Under the pieces are notes generated by a model. That model did no database searches, had not been told where the DNA came from, and was given only the letters and a program-made list of their open reading frames with translations. A DNA stretch of 64,000 bases, taken from positions 167,974-231,973 of the forward strand of contig CAKSKV010000001.1 of assembly GCA_934465535.1 (NCBI GenBank). The letters run 5' to 3'. Source of the DNA: an uncultured Clostridia bacterium. GTDB lineage: Bacteria; Bacillota; Clostridia; Christensenellales; QALW01. A program made the position numbers and the translations under genes. Below, piece after piece: positions 56,732 through 64,000 of this stretch; within the stretch, counting starts at the first letter, position 1, and each line of letters starts with the position of its first letter.

Positions 56732-57296
56732 GAAGCCGGAAAACGAGCAGCAGGAGACAAAAGAGTCTGTGAAGGAAAACAAAAACGATGCTGCTGATCA
56801 GTATATGGATCCTGCCGAGGCCAAGGAGTGCGCAGAGTGCAAAACACAGGCTGAGGATGAGAAGGTAAAGCTTCAGCAGAAGGTGGACTATTATATTGAT
56901 ATAGCGCGCAGAACGCAGGCCGATTTTGAAAACTACCGCAAAAGAAATCTTTCTGCAAGGGCGGAAGCGCTTGCGGAGGGTAAGACCGAAACCGTCAAGG
57001 CGTTTCTTCCCGTGATTGACGATATAGACAGGGCGTTAAGCCATGTAAAGGAGGAGGATGCAATCTCCGAGGGCTTAAGGTTAGTGCGACGGCAGATAGA
57101 CAAGGCGCTTGGAAGCCTTAAAGTGGAGGAGATAGGCAGCGTGGGCGAAAAGTTTGATCCCAACTTTCACGAGGCCGTTATGCAGGTTCCGCCTCAGGAG
57201 GGGCAGGAAAGCGGCATTATTGCCGAGGTATTCCGCAAGGGATACAAAATGGGTGACAAAGTATTGCGCTACACCATGGTAAAGGTCACGGAGTAG
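56712..57296 (+). CDS. grpE: nucleotide exchange factor GrpE
   Basis: GrpE family; overlaps hrcA 3' end. Confidence 0.9.
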   Translation: MKKEKTEKPENEQQETKESVKENKNDAADQYMDPAEAKECAECKTQAEDEKVKLQQKVDYYIDIARRTQADFENYRKRNLSARAEALAEGKTETVKAFLPVIDDIDRALSHVKEEDAISEGLRLVRRQIDKALGSLKVEEIGSVGEKFDPNFHEAVMQVPPQEGQESGIIAEVFRKGYKMGDKVLRYTMVKVTE

Positions 57297-57417
57297 AAAC
57301 AGTACACAAATATAATATCTATCGCCGTTAAAAGGGCGTTGATATAAATTTCGAACAGCGTGTTCGGAACCGAAAGACAGAAAAATTAAAATAAAAAATA
57401 TATCGGAGGCATTTATT

Positions 57418-59271
57418 ATGAGTAAGATTATTGGTATAGATTTAGGAACAACTAACTCCTGCGTTGCAGTTATGGAGGGCGGCGAGCCCGTTGTAATCCC
57501 AAATTCCGAGGGAAGCAGAACCACCCCTTCCGTGGTGGCGGTAAATAAAGACGGCGAGCGTCTGGTAGGTGCTATTGCAAAGCGTCAGGCGGTTGTCAAT
57601 GCCGACAGTACGGTTATATCAATAAAAAGAGAGATGGGTACAAATTTCAAGGCGAAAATGGGCGGCAAGGAATATACGCCTCAGGAAATATCGGCTATGA
57701 TCCTTCAGAAGCTTAAGGCCGATGCCGAGAGCTATTTGGGCGAGCCGGTTACTCAGGCCGTAATTACGGTTCCTGCATATTTTTCGGATTCTCAGCGTCA
57801 GTCTACAAAGGACGCCGGCAAAATCGCCGGTCTTGAAGTGCTGCGTATCATAAACGAGCCTACGGCGGCATCGCTTGCTTACGGTCTTGACAAAGAGGGC
57901 AATCACAAGATACTGGTTTATGACCTGGGCGGCGGTACCTTCGATGTATCCATACTGGAGATAGGCGACGGCGTGTTTGAAGTGCTTGCCACAAACGGAA
58001 ATACCCGTCTTGGCGGTGATGACTTTGATAACCGCATTATCAACTGGATGGTGGATGAGTTCAAAAAGAGCAACGGTGTAGACCTTTCTAAGGACAAAAA
58101 GGCGATGCAGAGGCTTAAGGAAGCTGCCGAGAAGGCTAAGATCGACCTTTCCGGTGTCATGAGCACCAGCATAAGCCTGCCGTATATTACGGTTTCCGAC
58201 GGCGAGCCGCTGCATCTTGATATGACTCTTACAAGAGCTAAATTCGACGAGATGACGCATGACCTGGTTCAGGCCACCATTGAGCCTGTGCGCAAGGCAC
58301 TCAAGGATTCCGGACTTACGCTGGATAAGATCGACAGAGTCATTCTGGTGGGCGGTTCCACAAGAATACCTGCCGTACAGGCAGCCGTGAAGGAAATCAC
58401 CGGCAAGGAGCCGTATAAGGGAATCAACCCCGACGAGTGCGTTGCCATCGGTGCTGCTATTCAGGCCGGCGTGCTTGCAGGCGAGGTGCACGATGTGCTG
58501 CTGCTGGATGTAACTCCGTTGTCCTTGGGCATTGAAACTCTCGGCGGCGTATGCACGAAGCTCATTGAGAGAAATACCACGATTCCGGCAAAGAAGAGTC
58601 AGATATTCTCTACTGCAACCGACGGACAGACCTCTGTTACCATACATGTTCTCCAGGGCGAGCGTGAAATGGCGGCGGACAACAAGACGCTGGGCAACTT
58701 CAATTTGGACGGCATCCCGGCCGCGCCCAGAGGAGTTCCGCAGATTGAGGTAACCTTTGACATCGATGCAAACGGCATTGTCCATGTTTCCGCAAAGGAT
58801 CTCGGAACGGGCAAGGAGCAGAAGATAACCATTACCGCAAGCACCAACCTCTCCGAGGCAGAGATAGACAAGGCCGTAAAGGATGCCGAGCAGTTTGCCG
58901 CCCAGGATAAGAAGAACAAGGAAGCCATCGAGGAGCGCAATAAGGCGGACAGCTTGGTGTATCAGACCGAGCGCACGGTAAAAGAAATGGGCGACAAGCT
59001 TTCTGCCGAGGATACCGCAAAGATAAATGCGGAGGTCGAGAACACCAAGAAGGCGCTTGAAGGAAACGATACCGAAGCCATCAAGGCTGCAAGCGAAAAG
59101 CTGACTAATGTTTCTTATGAGGTGTTCGGCAAGATTTATCAGCAGCAGGCAGCTGCACAGCAGGCGCAGGGCGCAGCCGGAAACGGTGCATCGGGCGCAG
59201 ATCAAAGCAGCAATGAAGGCGGAGAAAAAGTATACGATGCCGACTACGAGGTAGTGGACGACAATAAGTAA
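57418..59271 (+). CDS. dnaK: chaperone DnaK (Hsp70)
   Basis: [18 protein letters not shown] motifs. Confidence 0.95.
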   Translation: MSKIIGIDLGTTNSCVAVMEGGEPVVIPNSEGSRTTPSVVAVNKDGERLVGAIAKRQAVVNADSTVISIKREMGTNFKAKMGGKEYTPQEISAMILQKLKADAESYLGEPVTQAVITVPAYFSDSQRQSTKDAGKIAGLEVLRIINEPTAASLAYGLDKEGNHKILVYDLGGGTFDVSILEIGDGVFEVLATNGNTRLGGDDFDNRIINWMVDEFKKSNGVDLSKDKKAMQRLKEAAEKAKIDLSGVMSTSISLPYITVSDGEPLHLDMTLTRAKFDEMTHDLVQATIEPVRKALKDSGLTLDKIDRVILVGGSTRIPAVQAAVKEITGKEPYKGINPDECVAIGAAIQAGVLAGEVHDVLLLDVTPLSLGIETLGGVCTKLIERNTTIPAKKSQIFSTATDGQTSVTIHVLQGEREMAADNKTLGNFNLDGIPAAPRGVPQIEVTFDIDANGIVHVSAKDLGTGKEQKITITASTNLSEAEIDKAVKDAEQFAAQDKKNKEAIEERNKADSLVYQTERTVKEMGDKLSAEDTAKINAEVENTKKALEGNDTEAIKAASEKLTNVSYEVFGKIYQQQAAAQQAQGAAGNGASGADQSSNEGGEKVYDADYEVVDDNK

Positions 59272-59300
59272 AATTCACGCTTTTGTGTGAGTAAGCCTCT

Positions 59301-59336
59301 GCGAAGCCGCAAAAAGCGGCTTCGCTTTGGGGTTTG
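59301..59336 (+). terminator. hairpin between dnaK and dnaJ (GCGAAGCCGC-aaaaa-GCGGCTTCGC + TTTGGGGTTT), likely partial terminator
   Basis: 10-bp perfect stem plus U-rich tail. Confidence 0.6.
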
Positions 59337-59383
59337 CGGCGTAATTTCATAATCGATATTCAGCAAAGGCGGGAGAGGATTCC

Positions 59384-60520
59384 ATGGCGGAAAAACGGGA
59401 TTATTATGAGGTGCTGGGCGTAGCAAAAACGGCCAGCGAAGACGAGATTAAAAGTGCATACAGAAAGCTTGCCAAGAAATATCACCCGGATCTTAACCCG
59501 GGAAACGCTGAGGCAGAGGCCAAATTCAAAGAGGTCAATGAGGCCTACGGAGTACTGAGCGATGCCGATAAAAGGGCAAAATACGACCAATACGGCACTG
59601 CGGATCCGCAGGCGGGAGGTTTTGGCGGCGGTTTTTCCGGCGGCTTCGGCGGGTTCGGCGGCGGTGGCTTTTCCGGCGGGTTTGAGGATATATTCGAGAA
59701 CATATTCGGCGGCTTTTCCGGTTCAAGACGCAGCAATAACGCCCCGGAGCAGGGGCGCGACCTGCGCGTTGATATAGAGCTGACCTTTGAGGAAGCGGCT
59801 TTCGGAGCCAAAAAAGAGATAAACCTTACCCGCGAGGAAAGCTGTGACGAGTGCGGAGGCAGCGGGGCCGCAAAGGGAACCACCGCAGAGGTGTGTCAGG
59901 TCTGCCACGGCAGCGGTCAGGTGAGAACCACGCAGAACACTGTTTTCGGAAGCTTTTCTTCCACGCAGCAGTGTACGGCCTGCCACGGAACAGGCAGAAT
60001 AATACGCACTCCCTGTAAAAAATGCGGCGGCAAGGGCAGAATTCGCCGTGCGCGCAGAATCAGCATAAATGTTCCTGCGGGCATAGACAACGGGCAGGCC
60101 ATTACATTACGCGGAGAGGGTGAGCAGGGTAAACGCGGCGGCGCAGCCGGAGATCTTTATGTATATTTCTCCGTAAAGCCGCATAAGCTCTTTAAGCGCC
60201 GCGGCAACGATATCTATCTTGAGGTTGCGGTAAGCTTTGCAAACGCGGCTTTGGGTGCGGAGATTACCGTGCCTACGCTGGAGGACAGCATAAAGTATAA
60301 AATACCGGAAGGCACACAGCCGGGTACGGTGTTCAGAATACGCGGAAAAGGCATTAAAAGGCTGGGCGGCAACGACCGCGGCGATATGTATATAACGGTA
60401 GGTGTTGAGGTTCCGCGCAGGCTTTCGTCAAAGCAGAAGGAGCTGCTGCGTGCTTTTGATGACAGTGTAACCGGCAATGAGCCGCAGGAAAAGAAAAGAG
60501 GAATATTCGGCGGTAAGTAA
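59384..60520 (+). CDS. dnaJ: chaperone DnaJ
   Basis: J-domain HPD, G/F-rich region, four CxxCxGxG zinc motifs. Confidence 0.95.
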   Translation: MAEKRDYYEVLGVAKTASEDEIKSAYRKLAKKYHPDLNPGNAEAEAKFKEVNEAYGVLSDADKRAKYDQYGTADPQAGGFGGGFSGGFGGFGGGGFSGGFEDIFENIFGGFSGSRRSNNAPEQGRDLRVDIELTFEEAAFGAKKEINLTREESCDECGGSGAAKGTTAEVCQVCHGSGQVRTTQNTVFGSFSSTQQCTACHGTGRIIRTPCKKCGGKGRIRRARRISINVPAGIDNGQAITLRGEGEQGKRGGAAGDLYVYFSVKPHKLFKRRGNDIYLEVAVSFANAALGAEITVPTLEDSIKYKIPEGTQPGTVFRIRGKGIKRLGGNDRGDMYITVGVEVPRRLSSKQKELLRAFDDSVTGNEPQEKKRGIFGGK

Positions 60521-60535
60521 TTTATTTACCGTATC

Positions 60536-60575
60536 AGAGCGTACTGCGCTTGCGCGGTGCGCTCTTTTCTGTTAA
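60536..60575 (+). terminator. rho-independent terminator after dnaJ
   Basis: GAGCGTACTGCGC/GCGCGGTGCGCTC stem with G-U wobbles followed by TTTTCTGTT. Confidence 0.55.
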
Positions 60576-60692
60576 AATAAAATTTCAGAAAAATGCATTT
60601 TTCGGCTTTGCTTTTTTCAAATGTGCGGCCGGGATGAAGCGGTTTGCAAAATGTATTTAAGGGCTTAATGTTTTGATGGGGAGATTTATTGT

Positions 60693-61643
60693 ATGGATTG
60701 GATCGAGCTCGTTGTAAGCACTACTCATGAAGCGGCAGAGGCGGTGGGAGGCGCGCTGTATTCCTGCGGTATCAGCTGTTGGGCTACGGAGGATAAAGCG
60801 GACCTTGAGGAGTTTATGCATAATAATACGGAGCTTTGGGATTATGTTGACCAAGAGCTGCTAAACGGTGACGAAACAGTTAAGGTGAAGGTTTACCTTC
60901 CCGATGACAGACAGGGGCGAGATACGCTTATAATGGTCAAAAGCGCACTGGAACAGCTGGGTATCAACGAAAAAGAGCTTAACACCGGCAGCCTTGCCAT
61001 GAGTGTGAACAGTGTGAACCAGGAGGACTGGGCAAATGAATGGAAAAAGTATTTTCATCCCATAGAAATCGGGAAAAAGCTGACGGTTTGCCCTTCATGG
61101 GAGGAGTATGACAATAAAGACGGCAGAAGCGTGCTGTATATTGATCCGGGTTGTGCCTTCGGTACCGGCGGGCATGCCACAACAAAGCTTTGTCTTATGC
61201 TGCTGGAAAGCATGGATTGCAGGAATAAAAAAGTTTTGGATGTAGGCTGCGGAAGCGGAATACTTGCAGTAGCGGCGCTGCTGCTGGGGGCGGACAAAGC
61301 AGTCGGAGTTGATATTGATTCGGCCGCAGTCCCGGTTGCGGCAGCCACTGCAGAGCTTAACGGCGTGCAGGAAAAGGCGGAGTTCCGTCAGGCTGATCTT
61401 GTAAAAGGGATTGCGGGCAAATATGATATTATAACGGCCAACATAGTTGCTGATATTATTATCCGGCTTACTCCGCAGATACCGGAACTGCTTGCACCCG
61501 GCGGAAAATATATTGTGTCCGGCATAATCGATGAGCGAAAGACGGAAGTGATAAAATGCCTTGAAGATAACGGGTTTGTTGTGCTTGATGCGCCGGATGA
61601 GGCGGGGTGGACGGCAATATGCACCTGCGCAGCCGGACAATGA
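60693..61643 (+). CDS. prmA: ribosomal protein L11 methyltransferase
   Basis: PrmA family with DVGCGSGIL SAM motif; follows dnaJ. Confidence 0.85.
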   Translation: MDWIELVVSTTHEAAEAVGGALYSCGISCWATEDKADLEEFMHNNTELWDYVDQELLNGDETVKVKVYLPDDRQGRDTLIMVKSALEQLGINEKELNTGSLAMSVNSVNQEDWANEWKKYFHPIEIGKKLTVCPSWEEYDNKDGRSVLYIDPGCAFGTGGHATTKLCLMLLESMDCRNKKVLDVGCGSGILAVAALLLGADKAVGVDIDSAAVPVAAATAELNGVQEKAEFRQADLVKGIAGKYDIITANIVADIIIRLTPQIPELLAPGGKYIVSGIIDERKTEVIKCLEDNGFVVLDAPDEAGWTAICTCAAGQ

Positions 61644-61726
61644 ATCTGTATTTTGTGAAAATATCGGCGTTTATACATTAATTGCTTGCTGTTTCAAAGG
61701 TATATTACACAAAAGGAGATGCGCAA

Positions 61727-62689
61727 ATGGGAAAAATCTGCGGCGGCATATTGGACAGAGTGGGAAAAACACCGCTTGTACAATTGAACTCATATTGCCT
61801 GAATATGCATGTAAAGCCGAATGTATATGCAAAGCTGGAATGTGAAAATCCGGGCGGAAGTATGAAGATAAGGGCGGCGCTGTATATTATCGAAAAGGCG
61901 GAACGCCAGGGAAAGCTCGGCGGGCATAAGGCGCTTGTTATAGAAGCGGCAGTGTACAATACGGCGGTGGCATTGGCGGTCGTATGCGCCGCAAAGCAAT
62001 ACAAGCTTGTAATAGTTATGCCGGATATAAAGGAAAAGCGGGATTATTCCCTTTTAAGGGCATACGGAGCGCAGGTGGTGCTTACTCCCGGAGCTCAGGG
62101 AATGGCGGGAGCAGGCAGAATGGCGGACGAAATGTGCAGAAGAAATCCTCACGCATTTCGTCCGCGGATATATAACAATGCTGCCGCGCCGGCGGCATAC
62201 CGCTCAGTGGCATCGGAAATATGGCGCGATACAGAGGGACAGGTGGATATTTTGGTGTGCGGCGTGGGCAGCGGCGCGGCCATAACTGGAATAGGTGAGG
62301 CGCTTAAAAGAAAAAAACGCGCGCTGCAGGTTGTGGCAGTGGAGGCCGAGGAGACAAAGCAGGCTGCCGTTATGGGAAAAAATCGGGCGGATCACGGTAT
62401 ATTCGGTATAAATAACGGAGAAATGCCGCCGCTGCTGAATGCGGATATTGTTGATGAAATATATCCTGTCAGCAGTGCCGATGCCTATTCCGGCTGTGTT
62501 AGCATAGCGGCAAACGACGGTGTGCTTGCCGGCATTTCCTCCGGGGCTGCGGTATATGCCGCCGTACAGCTTGCGCGTATCCCGGAGAATGAAAACCGTA
62601 TGATAGTGGCGTTGCTGCCCGATACGGGAGAGCGGTATCTGTCAACGGGCTTGTTTGATTGTAATGATAATTACATAGTAATGCAATAA
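61727..62689 (+). CDS. PLP-dependent cysteine synthase/cystathionine beta-synthase family enzyme
   Basis: KLECENPGGSMKIR (PLP-lysine region) and GSGAAITG glycine loop; RBS AGGAG. Confidence 0.75.
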   Translation: MGKICGGILDRVGKTPLVQLNSYCLNMHVKPNVYAKLECENPGGSMKIRAALYIIEKAERQGKLGGHKALVIEAAVYNTAVALAVVCAAKQYKLVIVMPDIKEKRDYSLLRAYGAQVVLTPGAQGMAGAGRMADEMCRRNPHAFRPRIYNNAAAPAAYRSVASEIWRDTEGQVDILVCGVGSGAAITGIGEALKRKKRALQVVAVEAEETKQAAVMGKNRADHGIFGINNGEMPPLLNADIVDEIYPVSSADAYSGCVSIAANDGVLAGISSGAAVYAAVQLARIPENENRMIVALLPDTGERYLSTGLFDCNDNYIVMQ

Positions 62690-62920
62690 AAAATAAATAC
62701 GCTGTAAATTCTGCTGATTAAGTACGAAAAGGCAGAAGGAAAGCGTTGAACATTGCGATTGATATATAATGCGGCGCGTTTTGCAGATAAATGCATTTTG
62801 GGCCGCTTTTACAACTGAATAACTGAATACAATTACCGATCGGCAGCAGAATATCTTTGTTATGCATTGATTACGAACCTTCGGCATTGGCTGTGCATAT
62901 GCTGACATGGGAGGCGCACT

Positions 62921-63277
62921 ATGGGAAGAAAGATTATTTTGCTTGTGTTCGGAATTGCTGTTCTGCTGCTGATACTGTTTGTGTTTTGCGGTGAATTAAA
63001 GCCGCTGCCCGCTGTGTTGGGCGGCGGCTTGCTGCTGCTGTTTGATCCGCTTAATTCGCGGCTTAAAAATGCTTCGCTGTTTTTCAGGGCATTTGTGTGC
63101 GGCATTATGGCAACGGGCGTACATTGTCTGTTTGTGCTTTTTAACTGGCTTCCCGCAGACATGCTGTATTCCGATTGCCGCTTCGGCTGGCTGTTTGCTC
63201 TTGCCGTTTGGACGGCGGTGTGTATTCCGACGTTGCTGTATTTTGAGATGCTAAACGGCCTTAATAAAAGGGCGTAA
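62921..63277 (+). CDS. small hypothetical membrane protein
   Basis: 3-4 hydrophobic helices; no family recognised. Confidence 0.4.
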   Translation: MGRKIILLVFGIAVLLLILFVFCGELKPLPAVLGGGLLLLFDPLNSRLKNASLFFRAFVCGIMATGVHCLFVLFNWLPADMLYSDCRFGWLFALAVWTAVCIPTLLYFEMLNGLNKRA

Positions 63278-63435
63278 AACAGGGGATAAGTGCGAAATAA
63301 ATTATATTAAGGCTTGAAATTGCAGTGCGGATATAGTATAATCAAACCGGCAGCGTCGCGTAGCGCCTGCTGCCTTTTGATGCGTTCGGAACTGCGGTTT
63401 TGACGCATAACAGAATAATTGAGAGGATCAGGTGT

Positions 63436-64000
63436 ATGAAGTTTTACAGGAAAATGCTGGTGTGGATCACCGCGCTTGCACTTGCGGCGGGGTGTGCAGC
63501 CTGCAGTCCGGCGGAAAGCGGAACTGCAAAACCGGGAGAAACAAAAAACAGCGGAGAGACGGTAAATGCGCCTAAGGATGTATCCGAAACGGCGTACGGC
63601 GACGGATATAATGTAAATATGCTTGTGGGAGTGGACCAGTTCGGCCGCACATTTGACATCACCGGCGGGACAAAATCCGACAAGAAGGTGGGAATATTCT
63701 ATTGGCCGTGGATAGGTCAGCCTGCGGCAACGGATGTTTACGATGCCACAAAAATACTTAAAGAGTACGGAAAAGATGTACTGTTTCACGAAACTTCGGA
63801 TGTATCGCCGGACGGACAGGCGCATTTTTGGGGCGAGCCGCTTTGGGGCTATTATAACAGCGCGGATGATTATGTGATTCGCAAGCAGATGGAGCTGCTT
63901 ACATCCGCCGGGATAGATTTTATTGCATTTGACACTACAAATGCCATAACCTATCGAAATGTTTATATGAAAGTGGCGAAGATCATCTCAGAGCTTATCA
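63436..64000 (+). CDS. lipoprotein (partial, continues beyond window), possibly a glycoside hydrolase-like
   Basis: ATG 63436 after GAGAGGA; signal peptide with LAAGC lipobox; open reading frame runs to window end. Confidence 0.5.
   Translation, partial: MKFYRKMLVWITALALAAGCAACSPAESGTAKPGETKNSGETVNAPKDVSETAYGDGYNVNMLVGVDQFGRTFDITGGTKSDKKVGIFYWPWIGQPAATDVYDATKILKEYGKDVLFHETSDVSPDGQAHFWGEPLWGYYNSADDYVIRKQMELLTSAGIDFIAFDTTNAITYRNVYMKVAKIISELI

Overview
This 64-kb window comes from a high-GC, spore-forming Firmicutes (Clostridia-like) chromosome. Most of it is conserved housekeeping and sporulation gene order; the exception is one acquired region at about 37.5-44.7 kb. The core runs as follows: spoIIAA-spoIIAB-sigF followed directly by spoVAC-spoVAD-spoVAE; a cysteine desulfurase gene paired with thiI; a class A PBP; an RlmD-type rRNA methyltransferase; gpsA-like; pfkA; rsmA; feoA-feoB plus a small Cys-rich feo-associated gene; a polar amino-acid ABC transporter; minD-minE-rodA; dxs-nadK-argR-recN; and hrcA-grpE-dnaK-dnaJ-prmA, where hrcA has a perfect CIRCE operator. 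The acquired region is a minus-strand operon of five genes: an SPFH-SHOCT protein, a 4-TM coiled-coil membrane protein, a small HEPN-like (Rx4H) protein, a 934-aa type II membrane protein (cytoplasmic Zn-ribbon + TIR domain, one TM helix, five 99-bp-encoded tandem repeats, extracellular DUF6273-like domain), and a low-GC hypothetical. Immediately upstream lies a 253-bp segment bounded by perfect 31-bp inverted repeats. It contains a near-consensus extended -10 sigma-A promoter that currently points away from the operon, and a tyrosine recombinase gene is adjacent. I read this as a candidate invertible-promoter (inverton) ON/OFF switch for a TIR-containing surface/defence-like module. A second SPFH gene at 31.3 kb sits in a ydjI/ydjG/ydjH-like cluster; its Zn-ribbon partner resembles the N-terminus of the TIR protein. 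An orphan protein with an HExxH zincin motif and two ADP-ribosyltransferase-like modules is inserted between recN and hrcA.
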